A stretch of 64,000 nucleotides of DNA. Origin: Camelus ferus. Lineage: Eukaryota. The notes under the pieces were generated by a model. It was not told where the DNA came from. It ran no database searches and was given only the letters and a program-made list of their open reading frames with translations. Shown here piece after piece: positions 50,761-64,000 of this stretch; position 1 is the first letter of the stretch; each line of letters opens with the position of its first letter. A program made the translations under genes and the position numbers. The stretch spans positions 103,666,001 to 103,730,000 of the forward strand of contig NC_045697.1 in the NCBI RefSeq assembly GCF_009834535.1, written 5' to 3'.

Positions 50761-52964
50761 AATGCAACCTATGGGGACTCAAAACGTATTTTTTTAGGGA
50801 TAATGACAATGAAAAGTGTAACAGCATATGACGTTACTATCTGTTTGAATTTTAATCTTCTAGGAAAATTTGTTAAAGACATCCTAGATTCTGTTATTTA
50901 AAGGATGACATATTTACACCTACTCAGAGCAATCAGTCGATGTGGTATCCACTGAATGAGTGAATACATGACTGAAAGTGGGGGTGAGGGTTATAAACAT
51001 ACCCATTCACAAGAAACTGTGTTAAAGTTGACAAAAGGCGATTGCAGCGTTTCATGGTTTCAATTACTGATAATATTGCTGAAGTTAGTGCTTATTAAGG
51101 GCTTAAAGTATGCTAGCTTTGGAGAGCTGTAGGGCAAGGATATAGAATTTGTAAAAGGAACTCATTTAAATTATAATCCTAGAACTCGGAAGGTTCTGAG
51201 GAGGAAGAGGCAAGAAAACATGAGACATTTGCCCTGCCAACTTTATCGGTCATATTACTCGTAAGTTACTTAAATTTACTGAGTTTAAACTTGTCTGCGT
51301 TGCAAGTCCTTTTTGCTTTTAATTCTAACTTTAGATTTAGCAGACCTAAAGACAGAAAATTCAAAATGCAAAAGATAGAAATCATGGAAGCGGTTATATG
51401 GACAGAGAATATAAAAGCAAGAAGGTTTTTAGGAGAAACAAATGCTCAGAGCAACTTGAAAGGGTTAAAGAGACAAACAAAGCTTGATCTGTTTTCATTA
51501 AGGAGAGAGACTGATACTGGGGCTGGACAGCGCAGTATCATCCTACTAGTTAAATGTTGACGTGCTACAGAATTGAAATTTCTAATTTTTTTTGCTGGAG
51601 GTAGGATTGATTTATTTTTTACATATACATACATATATATGTTTTTAATTGTTCCTTGACTTGCAAAGAAAATTTCGGCTTTCCTCAGAAAAGGACATGT
51701 AGACCATATAAACCCATGCCCTTGGTACAAGAATTAGTAATTATCTTTTTTATTATATGCAATTCTCATATACATATTAATGTAAAGTATACCAGAGCTT
51801 TTCAATATTGTCCCCCTAAACTTGAACACCGCAAATGTGTAAAGAGGAAAACAATGTTCAGGTATCCATTTGTGACTGTGCAAATCAATGTCTCTAAAAA
51901 GAGCAGTCTGGACTATGGGTTATTCTTGTTACCAAAAAGAAAAACAGCCTGGGTGACCATCAATAAAGAAAAAAAGCGCAAAGTAAAAACCCTGCTAAAA
52001 GCAAACAGAATTCTTGAACTCTTTGACCTAATTCGGGTTGAGAAGCAGTGTACGTACTTCAGGCCCTCCATTCAGAGCTCACCCAGATCTTTGGAGCTGG
52101 GAGCTGCATTTCACTGAGTAACTGGTCAGTTGTTAGAGGCTGAGCTACACAAAGGCAGGTGAAGTCTTCCCTTCTGAAAGTCAATACATCTTCTCTACGG
52201 TCCTCAAACATCTCTAACTCTAATCAGTAACTGTCATGAAAAGTTCTCATTATGTGCAGTACGTGTATTTAGAGCATCTTACCCTCACAGGGTGTATCAC
52301 GCGGAGAAGGCTGGACGGGGTCGTAAATTAGTGCCAGTTCACTCTGCCTCTGCCACGCAATCTGCTGTGAGAGAGAAAAATTCTACTGCTACACATTAAG
52401 GCAAAAGCCCACCGGCCCCTACAAAATTAGCCTAAACGCTAACTGTGGTGATTTGAGAGACTCCCTATTTATTATGTGTCTCAGAAATAAAAGGGATAAA
52501 GTTTGCTGCCATCAATAACGCTGAACATATCTGATGAACCCCGCAGATTCCAAGAAATTAATAATTCAAAATATTGTGGGAATTTTGTCATGATGGAGGT
52601 CCGACCTGCCTGTAAGCAGAGCTCAGGGGATACGCGGTATGATCTAGTCCAGTATGTGCGCACAACTGCTCCAGTTCGTCAAGACAAGAACACAGGATTC
52701 TCCTGAATCTCCCCAATTTCAGAAAATTTGGAATTTATATTAGAAAGGCATTATGCATAACCTAATACATTCCCAATCTCTTGTGAAGAGTAATCATCAT
52801 GATATGTCAATATATCTTATAGATCAAAGGGATTGGAAAATATATTTCCTCTCCTTCATCTCTCAAAATATAATGTCATAACTCAAAAAACATTGAGATG
52901 GAATGGTCAGAGGCAGAAAATAGGAGAGAAAATATATTGGGCTGTCTCCCTACAGGGAGACAGA

Positions 52965-53105
52965 ATATGTGTGTGTGTGCATGTGTGTACATATACATCC
53001 ATGTGTGTATATTATATGCATATACATATGTATACATATATACACATACACAATATTTATATATACTTGTGGTTTTATATCTGTGTACATATGCACACAC
53101 TCACA
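52965..53105. repeat. degenerate (TG/TA/CA)n simple repeat
   Basis: Directly visible. Confidence 0.85.
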
Positions 53106-53279
53106 TAACTATGATCCCAGATTAACTGAAAACCTGGAAATTGATGATGTCAGTTTCATCATTGACTGTTATCCCAGGCACCAACACCCAAGAAGCAAAA
53201 ATATCCCACATTTCCCCCAAAAGGTACCTTTAGAGATGAGCCAGATCCTTGAGTTTTGTTGAAATATTTTAAACCATTC

Positions 53280-53985
53280 TTAATACAAAAGTCAGAACAA
53301 TCTTTCTAAAACTCAAATCTAATCACTCCATTTCCCTGTGGAAATTCTTCCTATTGCCCTTAGAATAAAGCCCTACATCCTCTTTACCAAGGCCCACGAG
53401 CCCCTGTGTGACTCGGCTACCCCCGCCTGCCTCAGCTTCATCTCAAGCCATTCTCCACTTCATTTTCTGAGCTCCAGGCACAAGGGCTTTCTTTCAGTTC
53501 TTTGGAAACATCATGGTCAGTCTTGTCTTAGGGCCTCTGAACATGGTGTTCTCTCTTACACAATGTTCTGCACTTAGCAAATTCCTACCATTGTTCAGAT
53601 GTCAGCTTAAAAGTCAACTGCTCCGAGAAGCCCTCCCTGGCCTTCTGTCTTTGCCTCAAATCTAGTAGGTAATAATTACTACACGTCTCTATGTGTTAGG
53701 CACTGTGCCCAAATTCTTCACAACAACCCTATGAAGACGTAAAAATGAGTCCCAGGAAGATTAAGAAATATACCCAAGATCACACAGCTTGTAAATGGTG
53801 GACAAGGAACTCACCAAGACGGCCCCCTGGTGGATTCTCTCTTCACACCCCATACTCTGTGGTTAATACTCATCACATAATCAGTTGCTTAATGTTTGCT
53901 TTCCACACTAGAATGTAACCTCCAGAAAGGGTGTCTGCAATGTTCACTAAGATACAAATGTTTCTTGTTGAATGAGTGAGTGCAT
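53280..53985. mobile_element. L2 (plus) with MIR (minus, ~53660-53815) inserted
   Basis: aatctttctaaaactcaaatctaatcac...agaagccctccctg | cacaacaaccctatg...cccaagatcacacagcttgtaaatgg | cactagaatgtaacctcc...gttgaatgagtgag. Confidence 0.75.
53820..53833 (-). promoter_or_regulatory. candidate CTCF site
   Basis: Reverse complement reads CCACCAGGGGGCCG, with an exact 12-bp CTCF core CCACCAGGGGGC. Confidence 0.45.
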
Positions 53986-55065
53986 GATACACGGAGTCAT
54001 TTCTAACACAAGGAGAAGAAAGGCTACCTACACATGCTCAGGATAAGTTGCTACCTATGCAATTCAAGCACTGAATTCAGAATGCATTTTGAAATAGGCA
54101 TAATTTACTATTGAGTACTATATGACATCAAATCAAGTCCAAAGTAAAAATAATCGGAATGGGAAATATATGAAGATGTGTTAGGGAAAGGCAACACAGT
54201 GTGCACATCTAACTCCGTATTGAAACCTACCACTAAGAGCAACTACTCAGAGTGCTTTTTGAAAATTCAGTTCTCTATAGTTTTCAGAGTAAGCTTAACA
54301 GCTCCCAACTCCAGTGTCAAAGTATAAACACATTTAAAATCACATTGAAAAATTGTATATCATTACAGTAAAGCTATTTCAAAGAACCAGAGAAGATCTA
54401 CCTCAACGAATATAGCTAATCCTTGCATCTAAACAGTCAATATTACTTGTATTATATGTCAGGAAATCTAATCAGAATGATTGCAAATTTTCTAGAACTT
54501 AATATGTAAGGCCAATACCACTGATTCTGGGGACTGGTCCAGGTTGGCCCTAGATTTCAAATTCTCATATTCTATGGTTATAACATGAATGGAAAACTGA
54601 CTTAAGTATTTATTACAACACTTTGCCTCTTTAAATCTTTCATCTACCTGTGCTACAATTGAGAAACAACATAACTAGGTCTTGTTTCATATTCTTCCTT
54701 TCTACTTTTCTATAACAAAGTGCTTAATGAGTATTGACATGGCCAAAGGCAGGAGGCAGCTTGCCATGAAAACATTTTCAAGGAGTATGAATATTGTACG
54801 TGAAATCACAAACTGTAAAGGCTAATTATACTAGATCAGCATGCACATGAGGACACCAAGACAAAAGTCTGTCACTATACCTTTAGCAATACACTTATTT
54901 GGAGAGGCTGCAAAGCCCACCACGCACACACACAGTAAATATGAACGACATGAACAAACGGAAATATGGAGGACCTGGGAAAGATTCAAAGACGTCTTCC
55001 TCCCAAACCCTTTTTCTATCCATGTATCCGTGGGAGCACATTCCTTCATGTTCTTATTCCTATAA

Positions 55066-55200
55066 TTTTTTTTTTTTTGCAGGGGGGAGGTAATTAGATT
55101 TATTTATTTATTTGATTTTTCAGGGGAGGTGGTGGGGATTGAACCCAGGACCTCAGGTATGCTAGGCGTGTGCTCTACCACTTGAGCTATTCCGTCCCCC
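55066..55200 (-). mobile_element. tRNA-derived camelid SINE (vic-1-like)
   Basis: T tract, ggggaggtaattagatttatttattt, ggggattgaacccaggacctc...ctctaccacttgagctat. Confidence 0.93.
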
Positions 55201-57109
55201 AATTTCAACGTATTTTCTATTCCCTGAGGTCTCTCCCACCTGGACTTGTAGATAGCCATATATGTCATTTGTTTTTCCTTGCTCAATTTGGACTTTATAG
55301 AAGTTAATATTCATAAAAATGAATAAGATATCCTGATAAAAGCAAGCTAACTTGGCCTTGAATTCAAGACTCGGATCACTCTTCTCTTTGCTACGCAATC
55401 ATGGATTATTCTCATTATAGGTCAATGTAAAGGTTTTTTTTCCCTCCACATTCTTCCAATTAATTATTCTCTCTTCTCTCCAGTCCAGATCTACTACCCA
55501 ACAGGTTGCTTAATCACGCTTATCTGAAGAGAAATGATAAGGTAACTAGACCCTGATATCGTTTGATATTTTGTTCCCCAGCTTAATAACCCTACTTAGT
55601 CCAATTCTTTGGCTGCAAAAGGGGATCATTATGTTAAGTTTTAAATGAAGCAGTAACTAATTCATCCAAAATAATCCGAAGGCCTTAGAATATTGAAAGA
55701 CACACAGATAATGGTAGAAAGGCCTATTTCAATGGAGAGAGCATAATTTAAACAAAAATTTTCTCTCCACTGATGGACATTTTACCAAAAGCTTTAAATA
55801 AAATGCATTATTTCCTACATTATGGTAAGAAAGTCAAAAGCTCGTGAAAGTAGGAAAGGCTGATAGTTTTAGATCACATTACTCTAAATAAAGAAGGAAT
55901 TATTGCTGACACTACCTTAAATATACTGCATATTGACATGTTTTTGAAGAAATTATAGTTGTGTGGCACAAGTCAAAATCAAATTTAGTTCAATCAGCTA
56001 CAGCATATTTTTTTAAAAATAAAAACATATTAGGATACAAATATATGAAAAGGCCTTGCTCTTTATGTACCAAACTTTTAAATCCCTACTTATTTGCAAG
56101 CAAAAAATACGTACATGAAAATTGTGCAATTATGCATATATTCATAAAAAGAGTAACTTCACACACACACACACAAATTCCTGTCCACCAGCTCAACAAA
56201 AGATCACTGGCAGGGTGGGGGGAGCAGCAAGGGAACTTCCCCTTTAGAATTCAGTACTTAATGTTTAAAGCCATGAAAAGGAAAAGTCACTGAGATTTAC
56301 ACAGAAATAATGAACGGAAAAAGAGAAAAAGAAGCAAGAGAATTAAGTCAAACACTCCGTAAACTGAATTCAGACTTTGAGGTTTTACAGGACATTAATC
56401 TAATACTTGCCAAATTAGATTTTCAAATTCCATAATATTTGATTTCTTTCCTAAAATTGGTTTACCCTCAATCCCAGAAGTTTTTCTTTCAAAGATAAAC
56501 TACAATTCTAAGTGTGATTTCTATTCAAGTAGGAGCACTATTGTTGTTTTTTAAAGTATTTATGAATCATATTTATGATTTTCCCCTCTTGAAACATTAT
56601 TTTTGACTTTAATAAAGTTAAGACAGATGGAGGAACTAAAAGATGGTTTAATGTGAATTGAACAATCCTCATTTAAAAACCAGGCCACCTGTACGCTATT
56701 TGTCAACTAAAATAATGTCAGAAAAGTTTTCAGTCATCTGGGAATTTCTTCCAACTTAGCAACTACAAACAACAAAGTCATCCAAGGAATTTCAGGGTAA
56801 GATAGAGCTGCTTTTGAAACACAACCCCCCAAATATATACAATTGATCACAGGTAACTTTTCTGCTTTTGCTGTCAGACTATAACTTTTGGCTTGAAAAA
56901 AAGAATCATGGCTATGTTCTAGTCTGCACCAGGAAGAATTTGCACAGCCGCCTTGGATTTTTAGCAATTGGACAGCCTGAACTTCCCTCATGCCCTGCTT
57001 AACAGGGCTTTTCACTAATATCACTCCTGAACGTTAAGTCACAAAGTGAGATCATCCAACAGAAGCCCTTCAGTTTGGCCTGTCCTCTTATGCTGATGCA
57101 ATGTTGAGA

Positions 57110-57195
57110 CAACGTTGTACTGTACACCAGAAACTGACACATTGTAATTGACTGACTTCAATAAAAAATAATAAAATAAAATATTAGAATAGAAA
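57110..57195 (+). mobile_element. young L1 extreme 3' end
   Basis: ctgtacaccagaaactgacacattgtaattgactgacttcaataaaaaa; TSD not clear. Confidence 0.8.
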
Positions 57196-58394
57196 AGACA
57201 AAAAATAAATCTGTGGATTGTTCAAGAGCAAAGAAAAGCTTGCAGCAGGATACGCAAGAATGGAGTCACTGTCCAGTGCATGGATCTGGAACAGCATCAG
57301 AACAGGAGAGCGGGAGAAACACCTTTAAGAACTCTCTGGAGTATGACTTAACAATACAAAACAAACGTGGAAACTGAAGCTGAGAGAGGAACTGGATAAA
57401 GCAATAACAAAAGAAGTTGTTCATTTTGGGCAGAGGCTCTGGGGACCAGAGTTTAAGAGGCAGAGCTGTAAAGCACGGTTAGCTCTTCAGGCAGTGCACA
57501 CGTATATAATGGTACAAGCGTTCAAAGTGTTATCGGTAGACACTGCTATGTTCTGCAACATCATGTAATCAGGACACTCGAATTTCTGAAAATATGTGGA
57601 AACGTGTGTGAATGAGCAAATGCCTGTGAATGAGTAGAACACTTTTGCTGGACCCTCTCAATTAAAAACAAAAAAAGAAAAAGATTCTGTCCTGAAAGAA
57701 AAAAATGGATTAATTTCTTCACATAAGACAATGTCCTACATTTTGGCCTTTGTTTTGGCAACAAAACATCAGTTAAGATATAAGAAGGAGCTCTGTGAAA
57801 AACAGTAATAGTTATATACACCGGTATCCACACGCAATGACTGTGTGACATCCAAGATAGCTTAAATATGTGGTTATCTTTCTGGTTCAAGTACAGTAAG
57901 AGAAAAAGTCTCAAAAAGATTCTTCATCACAAAAGAAGTCATAGAAGACAAATGAAGATAAAGAAAATCAGAAACTCCAGAAGAGAATCTCCATGAGATT
58001 ACACTGTAAGAACAGTGGAACATTTGTTTTACAAAAATAGACAAGCCTGGGACCAGTGATCAGGAAGCCCTTTAATTTGATGTAATAAGAAACAGCTTTA
58101 TGGATCACAGCGTGCTGGAATTACTCTCCTTCCGAAAAGAATCTTTGGGTGATGTAAAAAGACAAGAAGGATGAAATGTGACTTTGGAAAGGCTGTTCAG
58201 AGATGGAAACAAAGACAAGTCCATCCTGAAGGAGGAGAAAGGAAAGGAGAGAAAAAATAGCCAAGGTGGGAAAAGTGAAACCTTGCCTGTGAACACACAT
58301 CACAGACTGCTAACAGATAAGACTTGCTAACGCCCAGGCTTTTTGGTTCTATCCTGAGTCCTGGGCAATGATTAATTTACTCTATAGTGATTTA

Positions 58395-59880
58395 GCACAG
58401 TCTGGGCACCAGGCATTATGAACAGCAGGAACACTGGAATGAAAAAGTCAGACAAGGACCCCCGCTCTCAGAGCTGACAAACAAGACCCTTTGATAATGA
58501 CAATGGCTTTGAAGAAAATAAAAGAGGTCAGTGCAATAGGAAGCACAGGGGAGGCACTCAGGGAACGCCACTGAGGAGGTGCCATTTGAACTGGCACTTG
58601 AGTGACAAGAAGGAGCCAATCCAATGACGACTGGAAGAAAGAATGTTCCAGACAGAGGGGATGGCTAGTGCAAAGGCCCTGGGGGAAAAAACAGGGTTGG
58701 TGCGTTTGAGGAGAGTAACTCTGTGTTGCTGGAGTGTGCTGAGTATGGGGTATGTATAAGTGTGGGGCCAAGGAGGGAGGCAGGGCCAGGTAAGAAGACC
58801 TTAGTGGCTGGGACAAGGAGCCTAGATTTTATCCTAAGGGCAAGAGAGGACACCAGAGGTTATAAAACCAGGGGAGAGTTGGGAGAGAGTATAGTGACAC
58901 AATGTGAGGTTTATATTCTGAAAACCTTACTTTAGCTGATATGTGAAATCAGAATTTTAAGGAGATCACCGTAGAAGCAGGGGGACCAATTAGGGAATAA
59001 CTGCAGCATGACAGGCCAGAGTTGATGACATCTTGCATTTGGAGAGTGACAGTGAAGATGAAGAGAAGTTAATGAACTCAAGATATAATCTGAAGGGAGA
59101 TCCAACAGGATTTGCTGATGAGTCAGATGTGGGGAGGGGGCAGTGGAGATAAGAGAGAAATCTAGGGAGAGTCTTAAATCCAAGCAATGGGTGGAGCCAT
59201 TGACTGAAGTGAGAAGGTTAAGGGAGAAGCAGCTGAAGGACAGGGGAATCAAGAATTCTATCTTGCATATGGTAAACTTGAGGTGCTTATTAGACAGCCA
59301 AGATGAGCCAGCAAATAGGCTTTCTGATACGTGGGTCTGGCACTTGGGGGAGAAGTTAGAGCTGAAGACATCGACTTGGTAGCAGGTGCATTTTGATGTT
59401 ACATATAAACCGTGGGATTGGATGGACTTTCTGAGAGAGTTATTGTAGACAGAGAAAAGACCAGGACCTGCCACCAAGCCCTGAGACATTCTAACATGTA
59501 TAGAAGTTAAGCAGGGCAGAGAACCCACATAGGATACTGAGAAGGAGCACTAGAAACCTCAGGAGAAGGAGATGTCATGGAAACAAAGAGGAAAACATGT
59601 TTCAAGGAGAAAGTGATCCATTGTATCTAGTACTGCCAAGTGATTGAATAAGACAAGGACAGAGAAACCACCAGTGGCTTTGGCAAGATGGAGGTCACTG
59701 GTGACTTTGATAAGGGCAGAGTCAAGCCCTAAGTAGAGTGCTGGTGGGGCTGGAGTAGAGTAAATTGAGGAGAGGAGGTGCTATAAGGAGTAAAGACTGG
59801 GACAGCTGTTTCAAATTTTGCTTGCTTCGAAGATGAGCAGTGAAATGGGGCTGTGGCTCAAGGGAACTTGGACGGTGTTA
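58395..59880 (-). mobile_element. long L2 LINE fragment including part of the RT region
   Basis: GA-rich antisense L2 body; ORF 58932-59528 aligns by eye to L2 RT (SQGLVAGPGLFSVY...IQSHG...SWLSNKHLK...KIEFLIP). Confidence 0.9.
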
Positions 59881-59984
59881 TGAGAGCATGATCCAGTAGA
59901 AACCCACACTCAATCCTATTCTGGTATCTAGGCTTAGTATAAATATTTGGGTTGGAAGGCAGAATCTTGAGTTATTGAGTCACA

Positions 59985-60112
59985 GATACAATAAATATTT
60001 GTGGAAACATTTATTAAACATCGCCTAGATGCGAGGTATGCACTATGGTAAGAGTCAGACTAGAGCTAAGGATATGGACTTGGAATTTCAGCACTTGAGC
60101 TCTTGCTAGGGA
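59985..60112 (-). mobile_element. L2 3' end fragment
   Basis: aaacatttattaaacatcgcctagatgcgagg...ttgagctcttgctagggag. Confidence 0.55.
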
Positions 60113-61039
60113 GCAGAACCCTAATCCAGGACTTGTTGAGTTTGGTTCCAAGGAACTAAAAAAAGGATGCTAAGCTTCAGGTCCCATTGGACTTACTGTC
60201 CTTCACATCTGATGACAGACCAATGAGATGACAGGCTGTCAATAAACTACTCTCCATACACATACAATGTTTATCAGTCCAACCTTGCAGCTATGTATTT
60301 TTTCCTTTCAATATTTCAGCTGGATGTTTGTACCTTTGGACCACATTTTCCCAGTTCTCCCCACAATCCCCTTCCAGATGTTTAAAGAAAAAGAAGAGGA
60401 AGAATACAAAGGAGATAGAAATGAACTAACATGTAATAAAGATTGCACAAAACCTATGTTGACATTTAGGGAATAAACATTTACATATAAAAGTGTAAAG
60501 AAGGCTAGCAATAAGAAAAACGCCCCAAAGAGAACAAAGGCAAATAGGGAAACCATCAATGAAAGGAAAGAAATGGCAAACACTGAATGGCCCCAAGACT
60601 CAGAAAAGCTAAAATGTGCTTCCTGAGTAAGGAGTCAGAGGAGTATCAGTCAATCAGTATTTTTCTCAGAGATCTTAAGCTGTTCCAACAGCAGAGAGAA
60701 TAGTCCCTGGGTTGGAGAGACCTACTCTATCCTACCCTCCTCACTCACACTGGCTGCTGGTCCCCAGGACCCCTCGGTGCTCCAGCAATCCTCCCGTCTT
60801 CTCTGTGCTCTACTCCCACCCTCCCCCCAAACCATGGCCACTGTCCGGCTTGGTGCATCTTCTGGATGATGGTGGATGATTTAATTACAGAAACCAAGGC
60901 AAGAATCAGATACAAGGAAAGAAGCCAAAAATGACAAAAGGGCAGGGACAGAGCCCTTTACTACGTTCCCTTATTAGTAAGCGTTGCCCAGGATACCAAT
61001 GTGGATGCTCTTGGTGAGAGAAGGAAGATGAAGTGAGAG

Positions 61040-61270
61040 CAGGCAATGTTTACCGCATGTCTCTTACATGCCAGCAACTCTGCCTTGGTTTCACATCTCC
61101 ATGTTTGTTCTCCACGTTGACAACAATCCTGAGTTGCCTACAGAGGAGGAAACTTTCACCAAAAAAGATGAGAATTGTGCCCACATTCACACAGCGAGAT
61201 AGAAACAGAACTGCAGTGTGAAACCAAGTCTGCCTGACTCTAAACACCATTATCTTCCCATTATAAAACA
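61040..61270 (-). mobile_element. MIR SINE
   Basis: ctacagaggaggaaact...gtgcccacattcacacagc...aaccaagtctgcctgactctaaac. Confidence 0.75.
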
Positions 61271-61659
61271 CCATGGAGTGGATTACATACATTTAAAATA
61301 TATCAGATTAAGGAGAAATGATGAACTTATATAATATTGTATATCAACTATATCAGCAAAAAAAAAAAAATAGAAACAAACAAAAAAACCACAAAGCAAA
61401 TAAATAAGTAGAGATGATGTGAAAATAATAAGTGGAAAATGTATAAATGTAATGAATTTGTGATTTAGGGCGCTTTGAATCATCAGCATTTTTTGTTGAG
61501 ATGGTGAAGGTCAACCAGGTTAAAAACTAGATTAAAAGAAAATTCATGAAACATTTTCAGAAACCAGGTTAAAGGGTGATAATTACATATTATGCAGGTA
61601 TGTTCAGAATGAAATTAAAATGTACATTTACATACACACAAGAGGTATAAACACACACA

Positions 61660-62560
61660 CACACAATTTTTATCTTCAGAACCAATTGAGAGTAAGTTGC
61701 AGATGTAATATACCATCAATACTTCTGTGTGTATTTCCTAAAAGACAAGAACACTCGCCTACAGAACCACAATAAAACTGGCTAAATCAGGAAGTTATCT
61801 TGAAAATGGTAACTACCATCAAATCCAGTCCCATCAAACTTCACCAACTGTCCCAATCTAGAATCACATTTTTGCACTTGATTGTCATGTCTCTTTATCT
61901 GGAACAATTCCTTAATCTTTCCTTGCCTTTCATAACCTTGGTAGTTTTGAAGAGTTTAGGCCAGTTATTTCACCGAGTGTCCCTCTATTTGGGTTTGTCT
62001 GTGTCGTTTTCAGGTTACACATTTTTGACAGAAATGCTGCAGAGGTGAGGCTGGGCTCTTCTCAATGCACCACATCCAGCAGCAACGATGTCCAGTTACC
62101 CCATTCCCAGGGATGTTCACTTTGCCCCCTTGGTTTAAAGGGGGTGTCTTCTAGGTTTCTCTTCGCAATTTTCCCCTTGTTAATTAAAATACTTTGAGAA
62201 TACTATCACCCTGTTCCTTCGTTAACTTTCATGTGCTAGTTTTAACATCCGTGAATGACTCATGCCTGAATCAATTATTAGCATTACTTCTATGAGAGCT
62301 CCCACATGGTGATTTTCTAACGCCATCTTTCCTTCTGTGGTTATTGCCTAGAATTCTCCCCCATTGATTTATTTATTCATTTCTCTACTTATAGCACTAT
62401 GGACTCCTAGGGTCCTATTTTACTTAGTAGGGTATAATCTTTTACCATTATTATTTATTTTGATAATTATTTCAGCATCAAAAGACATCAGATCTGACCA
62501 GTGGATGGCCCTTCAAGCTGGCTCCTGTGTACTTTCTGATGTGGACTCACCATTTTTTGA
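61660..62560 (-). mobile_element. L1MC4/5-like fragment
   Basis: ttgagagtaagttgcaga...aatacttctgtgtgtatttccta...ctggaacaattcctt...ttttgaagagtttaggccagttattt...cccttcaagctggctcctgtg. Confidence 0.8.
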
Positions 62561-62799
62561 ACACTAATTATCCTCAATGTAGACAGATCTTCAGACCTCC
62601 TATATATAATCGGCATCCTGGCTGTGTCAGCCCTGACTGCCTTCTTAGTCTTACTTACCACCCCAAACCCAGTCCCAGTCGCCTCCTCAGCCCTAGATGC
62701 ACGGGCCACCCCAACCCCAGCTGCCTCCAGACAAGGGAAGGAAACCAAAATTATTTTTCAAAGAAAAGATGAAAAAAAGGAAGAGAAGGAGGACAGGAA

Positions 62800-63425
62800 G
62801 GGAAATTCAGCCTCACTCTAGAGTGATTATTTGTGAATAATCTTGGGGGGGCAGTCATTTTTCCCACAGCCCTTGAAGATACTCCATTTTATTTTGTCCT
62901 GTTACTGGAGAAGCCAGCTGCCAGACTAGTTATTGTTGTTCTAGAAAGTTGTCTTTTCTCTCTGGCTGCAGGAGGATTTTTCTCCTTGAGCGTTATGTGT
63001 AGTGGTTAAGAGCACAAACTTGGGAGCTAGATTATCTGGGTTCAAATCCCAGTTTGGCCACACAGTAGCTGAATGATCTTAGGAAAATTTAGTAACCTCT
63101 CTGTGCCTTATTCTCCTCTTCAATAAAATAAGTGTGAGTTACTAGCCATTACTGAGTGAGTTAATATGTATATAAAGCACTTAGACGATTACCAGGCACA
63201 GAGGAACCACCGGATAAGCGCTTGCCATCACTATTAGCAGTGGTTGTGGTCACAGTGGTCTGTGTTGTACTGAAGTTTTATTCTGACATATAGGTCTGAT
63301 TGTTTTTATACTTATCTACTTGAACTTGGTGAACTTCTTCAATCTGGGGATTCATATCTTATTAATTCTGAAAAATTCTCAGCCATTCCTGCTATTCTCT
63401 TTCTCTAGAATTCCTGTCTGAAACT
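62800..63425. mobile_element. old L1M (minus) interrupted by MIR (plus, ~62993-63240)
   Basis: tagtggttaagagcacaaac...ctgggttcaaatcccag (MIR); ggagaagccagctgccagact and ctgaaaaattctcagccatt (L1 antisense). Confidence 0.7.
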
Positions 63426-63849
63426 AGTTTTTACATTAACCTCTAGGCTTGGAGTTTCTGGGCCCATAAAAATAGTATAAATTCATATTCGACAGCCACC
63501 TGTGGAACAGGCTTGGAGCTTCTGTTTTTCACAGGAGACTTCTCTTCTTCCACTCCAACTGCCAGCCTAGGACAACCCTACCACTCACCTTGGCCAATGA
63601 GTAGAGTTTTTTCCTAGTACCTCTTTCAATGATGAGGCACCTTTTAGGTTCTCAAGTTTATTCAGTGGCTTCAGCTCCAGCTAACTGCCTTGAATATACC
63701 CAAACTACATTTCAAGTGGGTGCATATATATCTAGCACTCAAATATGAAGGCATGTAACATTCTTGTACATACAACTTGGGCATTGATGATTTTCTTCGT
63801 AAATTCCTAGAATTGGACCTGACCCACCAAGAGCAGGCTGAACAGCAAA

Positions 63850-64000
63850 GTGGTTATCATTGTGGCATCTGGAGTCAGAAAGCTCAAAGCTTGACTTCAT
63901 CACTTAATAGCTATGTCGCTCGGGGGGGAGGGGGCAGTAGGCAGACACAAACTTTTACTTCTGGTTTCCTCATTTATAGTATAGGAGTAATAATAATTAT
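63850..64000 (+). mobile_element. MIR SINE, runs off the window end
   Basis: gtggttatc...ctggagtcaga...cacttaatagctatgt...gtttcctcatttatagtataggagtaataata. Confidence 0.7.

Noticed and set aside
62561..62821. Open frame with a TM-like stretch LLYIIGILAVSALTAFLVLL
   Set aside because: No ATG, sits between L1 relics, no convincing splice sites, no recognisable family
1..64000. CRISPR array, prokaryotic system, miRNA/snRNA gene, CpG island or NUMT
   Set aside because: No regularly spaced repeats, operon structure, recognisable mature miRNA/snRNA sequence, CpG-dense region or mitochondrial similarity seen by eye; an Rfam/miRBase search would be needed to exclude small RNAs formally

Overview
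Mammalian, non-coding, repeat-rich genomic DNA, very probably from a camelid: four tRNA-derived SINEs with a GGGGAGGGTATAGCTCA head match the vic-1-type SINE as I recall it. I found no recognisable protein-coding exon, functional RNA gene, CpG island or CRISPR array. The listed ORFs are chance or repeat-derived. About half the window is transposable-element relics: many MIR and L2 fragments, old L1M fragments, hAT/Tigger MITEs (MER3, MER5, MER58A, MER119, MER46C, MER96, MER102-like), MaLR/ERVL LTRs (MLT1A, LTR40), a younger ERV1-type solo LTR with a 4-bp TSD, and about a dozen short, young L1 3' ends, most with TSDs. Young-L1 orientation bias (9 plus : 3 minus) and several well-formed minus-strand splice-site pairs suggest an intron of a minus-strand gene or lncRNA, which I cannot identify. 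The most notable observations are a SINE-L1 chimeric insertion under a single TSD, an ERV solo LTR I cannot assign to a family, a CTCF/ERE/CRE/homeobox motif cluster with a convergent CTCF partner 38.7 kb away, and an L2 fossil with an RT-homologous 198-codon open frame. Repeat family names come from recalled consensus sequences rather than a database search, and boundaries of old repeats are approximate. I found no evidence strong enough to claim a new biological system.
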